DNA of 64,000 bases, from positions 27,032,001-27,096,000 of the forward strand of contig OZ281497.1 in assembly GCA_965637545.1 (NCBI GenBank), written 5' to 3'. How positions within the stretch are numbered: position 1 is the stretch's first letter; each line of letters starts with the position of its first letter. Of this stretch, positions 25,170 through 40,631 are shown in pieces. The DNA is from Phallusia mammillata (Eukaryota). The position numbers and the translations under genes were made by a program. The notes under the pieces were generated by a model. That model saw only the letters and a program-made list of their open reading frames with translations, was not told the origin of the DNA and ran no database searches.

Positions 25170-28100
25170 ATGTCAGGACTGAAGATGCATGTTCTATTGG
25201 TGATGATGCTCACTATAGCAGGTTAGTGAAAACGTTTTGTTGTTCTTAATTACACATTGTTCATGTGGTGTAATATTCACAGTTGTGGCTAAATTGTAAA
25301 AGATACGTTTTTCCTGATATAAACGTGCAAGAAAATTGTTAAATTTTCGAACAGTACTAATGCAGTAAACGCAATTGCCAATTGGGATGTCACAATGACC
25401 AATAGGACACTGTGGTTGGACAGTGTGCCATTTTGAGTCCACAGTTTAGGCAACGCACCTGGTTTGTGATGGCCTCAACCTGACATCGGGACAAATACCT
25501 ACTAAACCTTGCGTAAACCTAAATTTTTCACCACAAAGAGGATTACTAAATCGCAGTTCTCTGCTTATCATGTGTTCACTGTAACTAGCGCGCATACGTC
25601 CGCTCGTGGTTGACATTTAGAGGATTGCGGCCTGATTTTTAAATGTGTTTTGTTTGGGACTGGTGGTGTACAGTGCAACCTATTGCCGATTGTGATAATG
25701 TCGTAGTGTCTTAACAAAACACTGCCACCTGGGTTCGACCGAACGACTACGTCCTTCTATTATCAAAATCCTAACCAAACAAAACTAGTATTTTTGTGGA
25801 CATGTTAGTAATAACAAAACCAATATGGCGTTCTATGTTGGCAATGGTATGTATGAAATTTCACTTTTGTTGTGCAAATTTCATTTCCATTTTATAACTT
25901 GTGCTTGGAGCAAAAGGTTACACGTAAAATTTGTTTTATTTTTCTTCTAAATACAATGTTTAAAAACCGCCAGTTTATTTCAAAATCCTAATCCCCATGC
26001 AAGCAAAGGCAGGGGGAATGTTGACCTTAATCCGGTGTTTGCCAATTCGCACCAAGCGCCGTAGAATCGGACTCTTTTGTAAATTCCTTTGTTTCCTTCC
26101 CTGGTCCTTTTCCATTGTTACACACTGTTGACGAATTTTCACGTCAGGTGCCCACTTATTGTTTGTGACCTCACAATTAACAGCGATTTGTAATGGATTA
26201 GTGACGTACTTGATTGCGAATCGATGGCGCAGTTGATTCACAGGTTATTCTAGAATTAAGTAGCGCACTATTCAAAACAGAAAAAAAAACATTTTCCTGC
26301 GTGTGAGTATGAGTTTCTATATGTTTCGCTTTATTTACCAACCGTCAGTTCTACGTAAGAATCAGGACAATTTAATTGTTCTTTTAATACAATAATGCAC
26401 TCCCCTTCAAATATATACCAATAAAAATAATATCTTTATGTACAGAAATGTCAAAAGCGACTCACAAAAATTTGGATTCCTTTAATGTAACTTTGCAACA
26501 TTCAGTACTTAACCTAAATGTAAAGCATGCGGCATAACCGCAAGGCAAAATCTTAAGCATTTTCCATCCATGCAAAAAGCGAGACATGCCTCAAGGTTTG
26601 GACGCGTCTCACCCAACATACCTTGCCGCCAGAAACGCGTAACCTACACTTCGGTTTCTGCCCTAAGCGGAAACGCACAAGCGCCAGTAATTAGTTGGCT
26701 ACCATTAGAGCTCATACTAACTTTCTTTCAACCTAAAACTTTTACCTACACCGTAACATTGAGTTCTGACGTGTTTTGGCGGCTACAAATTATGTCAACA
26801 TGTTATGGGTGTTGTCTTCTGTCTGTTGACTGATGTTTAGCTTGTGATGTGGTCCTTTGGCGTCAGCAATCTGCGTTTAATGGGAGGCAAATTTATTCAT
26901 TTTCTCTGTGCAAAGGAAGTTTTGCTAGCGGCTATGTTTGGTTGCTACGCTTAAAAGACATCTTTTCGCGCATAAAACTAAACGCATTAGCAATTTAATT
27001 GTCTCCCAACAATGGGTGTGTTAGTTTCGAACTCGTGCATTGTTAGTTAAAAATGATAATGGTGAAGCACTGTATCTGCGTAATTATGAAGCACCTCATG
27101 AAGGAAGACGCGTTTTCCAAATTAGATTCGGTCACTTTTCGGCTGCTTATAATTACTGGAGCGTGTCGCCTATTGGGGAAGGAAAGACTGTTAAAAGAGC
27201 AGATGGCATTCACTCTGTGTCTGGCGGCTGATGATCAAAATAACCTCAAAAAAAGTAAATATCCCTTTCCTGCGTGCCGAGCCGGATAGCAATGCGCGGT
27301 AGCTGAAAAGAAGCTAGCGATTGTTTACATAATCATGGCCAGCAGGCGACTGGATGTTTAAATAGCTGTGTTCTAAAAAATAGTCCAAAACAAATACGAT
27401 TTAGATTGTTGATGGCATAGCAATAAATGCGCGACCAAACGAAATTAAATAAACAACGCATGCTGCTGTTTTCAACCCTAACATACCCTGCTAAGCAATA
27501 AATGCAAACCAGTATAAAGATATTGATTGGATATAATTCCATACACCTCTCGTATGAGTAACACCATCTCGTGGTTTCAAATGTTTAGACTTGTGGTTTG
27601 CGGAATTTCTATTGAGAATGAGTCGAACCGAATTAGGAACCCTTTGGTTCTTGGTCGTATTTGTGTTTAAAATTAGGCGGTAGCAATTTTTACATTAGCG
27701 CTGTGTGCATGGACGGGGATGCCAAGTTTAAGTGAAAAAGCCATGATTCTAAGCTAATGTCTAATAGCAAAACACAACACGCCAACTTGAACAGTAGCTT
27801 GATTAAGAGCAACCTAACCTGTCAGAACAATCTAAACTAAATACGTGCTAGTGCATTGATGACATTATGTGTTCACTATTTATAAGACGCCTACTTTTCT
27901 ACATTTTTGGGGTTTCTAATCAACCTTTAACCAATTAGGACACCTATCCGACTTACAACTAGCGCATTTTGTATCCCCGAATGTCGCATTTAAAGTAAAT
28001 ATTGCACGCAATCAATGCAATAAGTTTTGCTGGTTGTGCAGTATGTCCGTTGTCGCCATTTAATGGAAATTGAGTTGGCCTGAAAAGTGGAAACCGAATG

Positions 28101-31100
28101 AGTAATTATCACCGGGCCTACATTCCTCAAGCACTTGTACACGAGGATGACTGCCATTATATTTTGGCAACATTAAGACCTCAAGATGAGAACGTCAAAC
28201 TTCTACGCCTCGGGGCCGCGTTTGCATCTAAGACTACGCTTCCTTGCAGCGTTTTAAGTTACGCGGATTTTTGAAATGTTGAAATTTACAATTTACACTT
28301 ACACTTTTACACTAAGTGTAAATTTACACTTCCCCAAAAACGTGATAAAAATTGCAAGCATTGATGTCATTTATCTGTTTCAACAACATTTCTAAAAACT
28401 GTATTTTTTGAAATATTCAATTAAGTGTATTTGTTGAAAGTAGTTTAACCCAGCCTGTCTGTGACAAAAAATATAAACTCATTATTTCACGTTCATAGTA
28501 TAGTGCAATAGCCGAAATGTCAAAGTGATTTGGAATTTTAATAGCGGTCACAAATCTGTACTGACCATTGTGAATGCCTCAAGGCATCGCATTGGGCCTC
28601 ATTTGTTTACATTCCAACGTCCCTTCGTTATCCACTTGTAACATGTACGGGTCAAGGTAAGCTTCGGTTGTTTGCAACATTGTATCGCAGTCGAAAGTTA
28701 AAACAAGCATTGTTTAAGCCGACATGCTGGACAATCTCATTCAACACAACGCCATTTTTGAGCTCAGACCCCACGCAAAGTTGGTAAAAGGCGTAAATTG
28801 TGGAAACTTATACGTCCTCTGGGGTATGGTGGCGTTGGCTGTATTGGTGTAATTACCTCTTTTTCTTTACTATTCAATTTTAAAGCCCTATGGTACATGT
28901 ATATTTACCAAACAATTATTGCCCATGTGTTGTTTTGCTTACTCCCGCAACGCAAGTTTAACCGACAACAACACTCATAAATATCTTAACAACCATATGT
29001 CGTTTGTTACGCAAGAAGCGTCGCGGCCACAACAAACACACGTCGCTATTTGATTCCGTTCTGCATAATGCATTTGCGTACAAAATTAATATCCCCCATA
29101 AGGAGTAATCCGTTCACATGCTCAAAACCACGTCAAGACGACAGAAGGTGGCTTGGCCGTGCCGCCAAAAAACCGCTTAATACCTGATTAAACCAGTTTT
29201 TGTGCCGCTGTATTGCGGGGTCGGGCATACTAATTAATGTAGTGCATCTGGAAATGGACTCTCTGTCTTTTTGCGGGAATCGCGACGCGCTAATCACAGA
29301 TTAACCTTGCAAACTGTTCCTTTGTTAAATGATTCGGTCCGCCGTTGGGTCGCCAGTGGCTGCGGTCTTCTAAATGTCAAGTGAAAGTGTTGAGATTCGT
29401 AATTTGAGAAGTGTTTTGTAAATTGGCTAGTGTGAGAAACTATCTTCTTGTGGTGTGTGGCTGTACACCCAGGGCTTAGCCCATGGTTTTAGAAATCGGT
29501 AATAGACAAAATTACTTTGGTTTTAGCTATTTAGACGTTCAGCTTTGTTAATTTTTGGGATAAAGGTCAACAACTTTTTAAGTGTTAAGGTTTTAATTGA
29601 ATTATTCTTGAGCAACGAAGTTAGCGGAATTTAAGCGGAAGCTAAAAAGACACAAACAGCAATATAACACCACTCACAAAATATAACCGCTCTATTTCAC
29701 GCTTACGTTGTTTTTTGCAAACCGTAGTTAAGCACAGAACCTATACAGGGGTAAAAACAGGGTTGATGATGTCGTGCCACCTCGCCCCACTGCCATCCTG
29801 GTATTTAGCGTCCCTTTCCCCCTCGGCTTCATGTTCTACTTGTTTTTTTGCGCCAGGACGCACTCCATTTTCTGGGTAAAAATCCTAACCCTCTGTTATG
29901 CAGCACAAGACTTACGTCATCGCTTGTCGAACACCGAGAACCCGTTTAAATGTTAACGAGTTGGTGTGCTTCCATTTGTGGTTTCGACTGATGGGAAACA
30001 CTGTTTGCAAAGTGCCGGGTTACATACCTACTGTTGGAAACCATTGCACTGCTACTTTAGAGCCAATATGTTCCCACGTGTATATGGTTTTTGTGTCACC
30101 TCAAAAGACTGGGCGTGGTTTGTGAGCTGTCAAATCCAACACTAGAAATGTTTCGTGGTTTTATGTCTGAACGCTTGTCAAAATTGTGGCTAGGTTCCAA
30201 TTGTGGCGAAACTAAACACGTTTTGCCCTATACTACTTTAAATCTAAACCTGTCATTACTACCAGCTTAAAACTAAAGGATAAAGTTTTAAAACAAGGAA
30301 TCTTCTGGTTACAACCGTTGTTTAATAACTGAGCCAGGCTTTGCGTTTTAACTATCAATTTAAAGAGTTAAACCGTTGTGAAATTTTCCCATCTGGATTA
30401 GGGTCATAAACATCGTTCTTTTGTGTCCTCCTTCAAACATCATCAATATTTCACGATGTCAAGAACAAGTGTTTGATCCGTTCATTGTGATGACGAGTTG
30501 TATAATTTAATGTAATGTTCGAGTTGTTGAAGACTGCTACCTTACATTACAGAACGCCTTACAGAAATATCTTCTCAGACAAAATATTCTTATGGTGATA
30601 TGATTGTTACGTTTTGATGAAAAATGTGCGCAATCCTTAAATCTGTACATTAGTGGTACTACCAATTCGAACTGGAACCACGGATTTTTGACAACGATAT
30701 AATTATCCTGTGTTTGTGTGTACGTTTGCACATCATTTAAACATCCTTAAATCTAAGCAAGAAATTGCCATGTCGGTTTTAAACCCGTATGACATAAGAG
30801 TATATCTTGTTTAACAACCAAGATAATACCAGGATCCAAGACATACACATGATAGGAGAAATATGTTATTGGAAAAGTTTGAAAACGTTGGTTCAGTAGC
30901 GTGTCATACTACTATTAATTGGCAATCTGTCGCCATGTTAGATGCTCTAACTTTCAAACAAACTTTCGCTCTGTGCTATGCTATGTGTGCTTATCCAGCT
31001 CGCGCCGACAGGTAGCTTCGATTAATGGTATTTGCATAACGGCCCCCTCCCTTTCAAGCCCGTTTGTTCCCAGCAAGGCGCGCTTCTGTGACGTAACAAA

Positions 31101-34100
31101 CGCCCGCAACGTAAAATATAGTGTTGGTAGATTCGTCGATTTGTCAGACGACTCGTGTTTGATCTGGGAGCGCCGAAAAAGGTGCCCTAATGACGTCATG
31201 TTAGTCTGGGGGCTGTGATAAACGAGAGGTGATGATCATGCCCCCATTTACCTAGTATCTCGACTCTTTTGTTGTTTTTGGATAAATTAGCATGCACGAG
31301 AAGACGAAATTATTCATACGTATGCTAAACTTTCCCGATTTTATGTACTGCAACGAAATGACCTTACACGACCTTTTCCCGAATATAATTGACCTTTAAT
31401 TACATTTCATTTGTTTTGCAGATATCACAATCGCCTTCTCAACTTCTTCCCCCACAACAAGGTACGTGTTTTCGGTGTCAGCATATCCAGTGTGACGTCA
31501 CAATACCCTGTTCGTCACCGCCCTCGCAGTGTTGTGGACGTAACAGTTCGAATTGCGGGGAATGTTTGCCCAAAGTCAAGACGATAATCGCTTAATCAGG
31601 TCGCGGTTTTTGCGGCTGACAAGACACTTGTTCATAATTGCTGGAATTTCGCTCTGGCCCTTAATCGCTTTTCCTGTCGTGTCCGCATGACGTAGGGTAG
31701 CCACGGTAATTGGTGGGATTCTGTGCATTAGGATTTGTCGCTAGGAAATGCCATCAAGCTTGTTTGGGTTGAAATTCTTGAGTACTTCGTGCTTAAAACT
31801 AGAATGTCGCGACTGCTTTTCCGTTTCACGGCTGATGCACTTCGTATGCGGTATTTGAAACCTGATAATTTGCCATGGTCTGGAAAATAAGGGTTTTTCG
31901 ACCATTCTTTGTTGTTGGGTTGTGTAAGGCTCTTGCGACAAGTTTAAGCTCTGTACAAGTTAATTTTCTCAAAAACGTGACCATATTATGATAACGCTGT
32001 AAGAATTGATGTAACGAATAAGTGAAAGTTAAATACTCGAGTAATTGTTAACATAAGTTTTTGTATACCAACGCAAATAAAAATGCTGTTACTGATGGAC
32101 AATACCAGTTTTGTCGTAAGGTTTTGCCATAAATAGATCAAGGCCCCCAAAACTGCCACCCAACAAGCCAAACTTACGCAACCGTGTTTATTTTCACAGC
32201 GACGAAGAGGTTGCCTCGTTGTTCGGCGATGCAGAACCGGAAGATACGGGTGAGTGAGCATGAAAGAGTCGGATTTATCTTCGCAATGCAACACTACTTT
32301 ACATTGTCCATCATTGGCCAAACAGAACCACTGTCCGCTGGCATAATAACACATTCATGCGTTTATGGATTGTTTGTTATTTTATCCTAATTTCATTTTA
32401 AACTGAATTATTATCGGGCATTGACCTGAAGTTATTTTTTCTCCCTTTTTTGCCTCTTTGTCATTACGGCCGTGACTTCGTTAAGCAAATATAGGTTTAA
32501 TTGTGCTTCTGTGTTTATTATACCGACAAAGTTTGTACTTCGCTAAAAGAGAAACTCTCTTTAATGTTGGTTCTACTCTGCCGGATTTAACAAGAGATAC
32601 GATCTACAACTATTTCTGTTTGACAATCGATAACAAGACGCGATAATATCATAACATTAGGTAATGATTTATGAATGAAATCGATAAGTTCGATGCAGAT
32701 GAGCGATATTTAATTATCGTGGTGCGATATTTGTTGCTCTCATGGGATTTATCATGTGTTTTGAAACCAAAAATAGTTGAAACAAATTTATTTCTCAAAA
32801 CAAGTGTTTACTTTTGAAAAAGAAACAAACAATTAAGTTCACATTTGTTCCCGAAGTCGTAAAAGTGTCTTTAAACAGCTAAACGCATTGAACAACTGGA
32901 AATGGTAGTTAACCGGTACAGTGGTAAAATAATGACTAATACCGGCCATCGAGGCATAGTGTATGTTGTGTACATTGGCATAAGCACGTCAAACGGTCTA
33001 GTTACGCACAATAAGTGGGTAGTTGACTCTGCCTTGGTGTCAATCCCGCCAACAACAAACCTGAATACGACTCTACGACTGAACGCTGACTTTCAATCCA
33101 ATAACTTAATTCAATGACGCGGTGCCAATATTTTGACAAACCCAACTGGTATGATTTAGCTATTGTTGATCGGATACGAGCTATGCCGATGCTCCATACG
33201 ATTTCTATGGCGTCGCAGCTTTCCTGAAGGGCCATCGAAGCGACGATATCAATAGAATTGTGTTGTTTTGTGCGCTGTGGGAAAGTTGTATTGTCGCCAG
33301 CAATGTTGACGCGATTTCGTCTCGGAGACCGGCCCGTTAGAAAATCTAGGGATTAGGATTTGTGGATTTTGCGCTGGCTTTTCGCTGTCTGAATCACACC
33401 AAACATCATAATCCCTGTCGGATAAATTTCCATTCTCTCTGAAAGATTATTACTTTTCAACGCTCAGATGCCTACCTTTAGCGTCTCATGGGGGCTTCAA
33501 AAGACCAGCAAGTAAATTGGGTCGAGTAAACTTTGTTAAAGTTTGATATTTATGTTTTTACTTCAGATGAACAAGAACCCTTTCTTCGTATTACGTCACC
33601 ACTACGTAACGTCAGCGTGACGTCAGGCGGAAAATTGGTGTTGAGATGCAAAGTTGAAGGCTATCCTAAGGACCCAATGAATTTTCAATGGTGAGACATA
33701 ATATCAAGTTTGTTATTGAGCATTTTCGACCACTTCTATATTACTGCAGTAGCACATGAAAGCCTAAAGTACATTACCAACGAAATTGTTTGCAAAGCTG
33801 TTTAAAAACTTGTTTAACATCTCACCGTGTATTAGTTTTGCGGCTTTCCAGCCAAATTGCTTTTTCCAAGGGCCAAAAACGATAAGTAAAGTGAAATGAG
33901 TATTTGTAATTGGCGGCACCCTTTGCTATTTCACCTTTCAAATATTAAACAGAAGTTAAACACCAGCGTCCCTCGAAACCACTTCAGTACAAACCATCAA
34001 CCCTATCCCTAATGTCCTTTTACGTCAAATGAAAAGGGATGTCAGTGTGAAATAAGGAAGGACAGGCGTTGATGGCGTAAAACACTAGAAGAGCCGATGT

Positions 34101-37100
34101 TTAATTGCGACTCTCTTCCACAAAATGTCGTCCGAGCGAAAGTAAATTATAACCTCGCGTTAACTTTGATGCGGTCTTCGCTTCAAGGCGAGCCAATCGC
34201 CACGTTCTCGTGTAACCAATTACGTCTGCGCACTGGCTCTTCTCTGTGTAATAACCAGGCGAGACCGGATGTAACGACAGTGCGGATTTTGAAAGAAAGG
34301 TTTTAGCGCCATCTAGCATATCTCGCACAAACTAAAGCCTACACGCAACAAAGTTTGAAACTGTAAACCTCTAAATCACTTTAGTTTTAATGAGCTACCC
34401 AAAATATAGAAATGCATAAAAGTTGTAGGTTTAACGTGTTTTTTTACAATTTTTACTTTGTTGTCGTTTTCACTTACATTTACCGTGGCTGTACAGGTAC
34501 AAGGACAACCGTCTGGTTACTAGTGACAACTATGCAATCATGGACAAACCCACATTTTCACGTCTGAAAATCGACTCGGTTTATTCTCTGGATTCTGGGT
34601 TGTACAGATGTGAGGCTTCCAACGGACAAAGAAGAGTTTCAAGTCAAGCATACGTAACAGTTTCTTTCGGTAAGTTCCGTGTTTTAGAGATGTTTAATTA
34701 GCTAAACAATCGCAAACTAGTCTTAAAACACAAAACCACAGCTTTTACCACTTAAACAACTTTAAAATCTTTGCCTACATGTTAAAACTCAGATGTAAAA
34801 TCCCAAGATATTCATTTTGACCTTTAAACTGTTTTTAACCTTCACGTTCAAAGTCCGATTGGAACTATAAGTGCTTGTCACTGCTTGCGACAAATGCGTT
34901 TGATAAATAGCAGATCTAGTCACGCTATAGTATTTGCTTGGGATGTATGGATGAGTTACTTGTGGTGAAGCGTTTCTGGGTTACTTGGGTCAAACGTACC
35001 TTGTTATTTAGAAGCCAAAGTTTAGTTAGGGGTACATGAAACATGAAGTTAGGGTACAATTTCTAAGCTTTTGATTTTTTTGTATTTGCAGGAAGGCCAC
35101 CTACAGTGAAACCAATTTTGTAAGTACTTTTACAATTTTTTTTGCCAAATCTGTCTTTAAATTCTCGTTTCAAATGTCATTGTTGACGCAATACGTGACT
35201 GTTTACTTGGACTTAAAGCATCCATTTCTCGCATTTTCAGGAATGAAAAATACCAAGGAAAGTGTGAGACTTATTCTGGTGAGGTTTGTCAATCGATTCT
35301 GGCCGGGAAGAGTATTTACGTCGATCCTTTTGTGGCTCAAGAAAACCTGGAAGAATCTCTGAAGACAGCTCTAAGTAAACTATGTAAGTCCACCAGCTGG
35401 TTCAACTTTGTCTCATGACGATTTCCGGCTAGCTCAAATACTCATGCTTTTGTACCAGTTTTACAGTATTTTATCTAGTACAAGATTTTTCCATTCTACT
35501 CGACAAAAAATAAATTAGCATGACTTTGAAATTACACATACGTTTGTGTAATAAATTTGATTCTGACTTACAATTTTTTTAATATTTGCAATGTAAGGTG
35601 AAACTACTATTTATAGGTATTTCAAATTTGTGGTACTCTTTTTAACATCGTTTTTGTTATTTAGCTGCTGAAGCGAGCGGAGTTTCGGAGGAATGTATGC
35701 TGTACGCTTACCCGACATTCTGCAACTTCGTCTTTTCATCTTGCGAATACACAACCGATCTTCTGACCGGTAAAAAGAAAGCCAAGGAAATCCGCCTCTG
35801 TCGTGAAGATTGTGAACTGATGAAATATGATGTGTGTCGAAATGACTTGAAGAAAAGCACATCCGACTCCTTTCTCATGGTAAGCGATATAACCATAAAC
35901 GAAATCTTCAAATAAGTCAAAATTAGACGCAAAATTTTGTACAATTTCGTTACGAACACTCTCGGCTTGTTTTTAGAACATTTCAAGAACACGTCCCTTC
36001 GATTTGAATTGAAGAAATATTGACTAAATTACCTTTAAAACTTTGCAATGTTAAATTTATGTTGATAAACATAAGTATTTTACACATTGGTTGCATCAAT
36101 ATGACCATAACGGTTGTCTAATTCAATCAGGATAAAGATTTGTAGAAAACAAGTTATAAACCCGCTTGCTATGCAGTTTTATAGCGTTTTAAACTTGTCG
36201 TGTAACGTTATAGACAATTTTCCACGGAGCGAATTGTACCAACCTTCCTGCCACCAACTCAAACGACGGAGAATGCATCAAGGTTGGACTGCCAAAAATC
36301 ATCAACAAGGAACACACGTGCTACAAAAAAGACGGTAGCGACTACAGGGGGACTGCAAACCGTGCCCAAGGAGGCAGAACCTGTCAAGAATGGCCACTAA
36401 AAGACGTCAAGAAGGTACAATTATTTTCCGCTATAACTATAAGTGATGTATTTCGACTTTTAACAGGCGCTAAAAAATCGCATATTTGTATAATACACAA
36501 TACTTGCTGTTAAGAATGATTCGATCAATAACTGTGATGTTTTTTTTTCAGTACCCAGAGTTGGCTGGGGGTCACAACTACTGTCGTAACCCTGACAACG
36601 AGAAGAGCGCCCCGTGGTGTTACGTGGATAGTCGTTATCGTCACAAAGTTGTGTGTGAACTGGAAAAATGCTGTACGTATATATATGTGCATACCTTTCA
36701 TTTTGTTCTATTTGAAACAATATTAAAACGATGTTATTTCTGTATATAGCTTCCAAATCGTCCAGCGGATCCGATATGATTGTCATCTTGATTCCGAGTG
36801 TTTCAATTCCATTTGTGCTTGCTTGTATAGCTGTTGCATTTTGTGTGTGTCGGAAACGAAGAGGTCGCAAAAATAACGCGCCGACGAAAGCTCGTAACAC
36901 ACAAAACGAAATTCCGCTACTCGTCAAGTCCAAGGTTAGTTGGAAGTTTTGCAAACAGCTCCCTGTTTAATATTTTTGTTTTCAATTTCGCCTAAACTCT
37001 TTCCAAAAGAAATTATACTGCTGTAGTAAAAGTGGTTGATGTAAATGGTAGAAATTTAGTTTCATGTTGAACAATAGTATGTATGGCGCAGTGGGTGTTT

Positions 37101-40100
37101 TTTAACACATTTTAAATTCCATCCATTCTGTACAGGCTAAAGTGCCCGACTTGCCTTCCAATTCAGTCCAACTTCTCAACGAAATTGGCGACGGACAATA
37201 CGGGAAAGTATACAAAGGCAAAGTTCTTCCCAACCCTCTCTTCAGCACGAATTTCGCGGTAAGAACTTTACTAAAGGCGAACTTGAACTAGTAAACACCT
37301 CAGCTAGTTGAACCAGCTATAAATCAGTTGTGTAAGGACTTGAACGGTCCAGGTGGCAGGGTTTAGGCCCTAAGCCCATAATCACGGGTCATTTGAGCTC
37401 TTTCAGCTATTATCCACTACAAGTGGCGTTCGTTTAGTAAATAGGGGACTGTTTTGGGACGAGTCTCACTCCCACGGGGTTTGCATTAAAACCGCTTCAG
37501 AAATTCAGGTTTTAAGTTGTGAAAAACTACTGGACGAATGGGTGAAAAAACTTGGTGTTTGATTTTGACATATATATGAACATTGTTTTGACTTTTTCAA
37601 AATTGGTGATTTAAAAAAGTGTATTTAATATTCCAAGGCCATATGTTGAAAAAATCGATTTGTTTATTTGTTTATTTTTTCTTCAGAGTTTTTTTTCAAA
37701 AATCGTAACTTGTATGCTAAATTTAAGTCAAAAATAACTTTAAAACAAGTCAGCACGATATAAACATCCAACTTTGTCGTCACAGGTTGCAGTGAAAACC
37801 TTACGCGAGGGATCTTTGCCTCAACAAGCCGAGGACTTTCAACGTGAAATTGATGTTTTTGCCGAACTCCAACACGAAAACGTCGCATCTCTGAAGGTAA
37901 CCAAAATGCCTACAACATACAAAACTATCAAATTTTCAAACATATAATAAAAGTGAATAGTTCATCTCCACTGTTTTAATAATATTACCCCCATCTCTTA
38001 TAACATTGCATAATACAACTCGCATATTAATTGCCCGGAAGGCTGTTTATCTTTGCTCTTTACGTTGTTTACATAGTTAGAAAGCAATGTTGGGTTTGCT
38101 GGTTTATCTACATTATGTATTTTAAACATAGTACCACAGCTTGAAATAACCCGATCTCGTTGTCACGTAGGCGATTGTGACGCAATCCAGTTTACGTTGT
38201 ATGATATTCGAATACACGAACGGTGTTGATTTGCACGAATATTTGGTGATGCATTCTCCACAAGCTGATTTTGCTAAACCACCCATAAGCAGCGCCAGCA
38301 GTCATGCTTCTTCTACTATTGACCACACCGATTTTGTGCGCATGGCAATACAGGTAATGTTGCATTATACAACAATAAACTTTTTCCTGCTAGACCTATG
38401 TTAAACAAGTCGGTCTGTTATTCAAGAACTGTTTGCTGCCTTTAATTTAGCAGTTCAGTATAAAGGCTTGGTACTCTTAAGGCAAAACGATTGGATAACT
38501 TGCCGATGGTCCACTTTAGAGCAAAATTATACCTTTATCTGTGTTTACATGTTGTTTTTTTTTTGTACAAGAGTCTTTACAATAGATTTTGAAACAAAAG
38601 ATTGTCATCTGAAGGAAAATTAGATGGTTTTCCACTACAAAGCGATAAAATGTCATAGTTTCTATCTTTGCGTGCCCTTTGATGAAAAAATAAAGCTGCA
38701 AAGATTACTGATCAACAAAGAAACTAATCTCCTTTACAACCTTTAGGTGGCATCCGGAATGGAATATCTTTCAAGCAACAATTTCGTGCATCGAGACGTG
38801 GCTTCCCGAAATATTCTCGTGTGTAGTTCCTTGGATTTGAAGATCAGTAATCTTGGTGTGGTTCGCGATTCATATTTGTCAAGTTATTATCGCTCCCCGC
38901 AAGGTGGTCAACTTCTCCCGATCAGGTGTGTATGATGTCTATGGTCGTAATATGATCTTTATGTGAAGTTAGATTTAAACATTTTTAACAACAAATTCCA
39001 AAAATCGGCGATTTCTTAATTTTGGCACAACACAAGCAAAATGCAACTATTCAAGTTTTTTTTGAAACTTTTTAACAACAATTCAATTTTATTTTCAAAG
39101 GTGGATGGCACCAGAGTCACTTCAGAACTGGCAATTCTCAAATAAAAGCTCAGTTTGGTCATTTGGTGTTCTGCTTTGGGAAATGTTTTCCTACGGAATG
39201 CAACCTTATTGTGGATACAACAACCATGAGGTAACAATATTATAACTTCACAAAGACATTTAAATATTCAATAACCAAACACTTAATAAAGTCTGTATAG
39301 TAAACATTTGTCTGATGTGTTTAAATTTTCCTCAAAGGTCCTTGAGATGATTTCTCGACGTCAACTTCTAACTTGCCCTGATCAATGTCCAGCCAAGGTT
39401 TACTCACTCATGCATGAATGCTGGTTCGCCCAACCCTCACAACGACCTTCATTCAAGGTGAGAACTCGGTTACAACATTAAACCATTTCTCACTTATTTA
39501 AAAACTTCATTATGTTACGGACCATTTGACGGCAAACTTCATTTTTTCAGGATTTGCGAGCCAAACTTCAGGGCTGGGAAGGCTCATCAACTGGACGTGT
39601 GACGTCACAATTGGCACAGGGAATTCACCGTCAGCTTGCGACTGTTATGAGGGACGGACCAAACCAATATCCACAATATACTTCACAAGGCAGCAGTCTG
39701 TAAGTAGAACTTCTTCCTAAACAATGTTAACCACAAATGCTTTGAAATAACATTTTATCATCTCATTTCTATTTGCAGTGGCGGAAGTAGCGGTATGACG
39801 TACAGCTCAAATCTCCAAGGCCCCACCCCGTCCCCGCCCCCAACCTACGTCAGTAACATTCCACTTCCCAATTCATCAGCTTCTACCTTTATGACATCAC
39901 AGCAGCCGTTGCCCCCCAACGTGAGCCCCTCCTCCCAGCAGTTTTTCTCCTCCCCCGGAACCAACGTGTCTTACCCCAACGCAGCCCCAGTAAACCCCTA
40001 CCAGGGTGGGTATCAGCCCCCTGTGTCGACCGGTGGGGTGTACGGCGAGGGTTACCAACCCCAGATGCAGCAATACTCGCAGTACAACCAGCGTAAACCG

Positions 40101-40631
40101 CAGAACTACAGGAAAGGTCCCCCGTCTCACAGCAGCCTGGGTAGCAGTAGTTCTTCATCTCGGGAATACACTCCAGTGAGACCTCAGTACATCCAGCAAG
40201 CCGGCTACAGTGACACGTCATCATACGAAGTGCCTCAACAGCATCACCATGCGTCGTACGGGCAGCACGTCAACCGCCCACTGAGTGGCGTTATGGAGAC
40301 TGAAAACGACGAAGAAGACGCCGCTGCCGAAGAGGAATACTACCACAAGCAACCACAAAACGCTGAAAACGAACCACTCACGGTTACCGCCGCGCGAGTG
40401 AACAATGGAAAGGAAGGAAAAGTCGTTTCACCGACTGGTCACTTTCCCGAGGTCGATTCCTCTGACATGTCGACGTCCAGTATGAAAGCCACGTCATGTG
40501 ACTCGGGACTTCCCCCAGAAGACGTTGAAAACCACATGGTAGACCCAAAGACCCCCTTGATGGGCAGGGGACAGCCCCGAAACTTGAGCCGCACCCCAGT
40601 TCGCGTCTCGACTCCTCGAAAGTTCGTGTAA
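25170..40631 (+). CDS. ROR: ROR-family receptor tyrosine (pseudo)kinase, paralog B, complete 19-coding-exon model
   Basis: Exons 25170-25221 (signal peptide [17 protein letters not shown]), 31422-31461, 32200-32249, 33567-33690, 34497-34669 (Ig), 35092-35119, 35241-35383, 35665-35879 (CRD), 36214-36414, 36552-36672 (kringle [17 protein letters not shown]), 36750-36934 (TM), 37136-37258 (GDGQYG), 37786-37896 (VAVK), 38171-38353, 38747-38925 ([14 protein letters not shown]), 39101-39230, 39338-39457, 39551-39699, 39779-40631 (Ser/Pro/Gln-rich tail). All introns are GT-AG and join in frame. Confidence 0.94.

Noticed and set aside
40616-40631. ROR-B C-terminal RKFV as a PDZ ligand
   Set aside because: Lys at position -2 does not fit canonical class I/II motifs.
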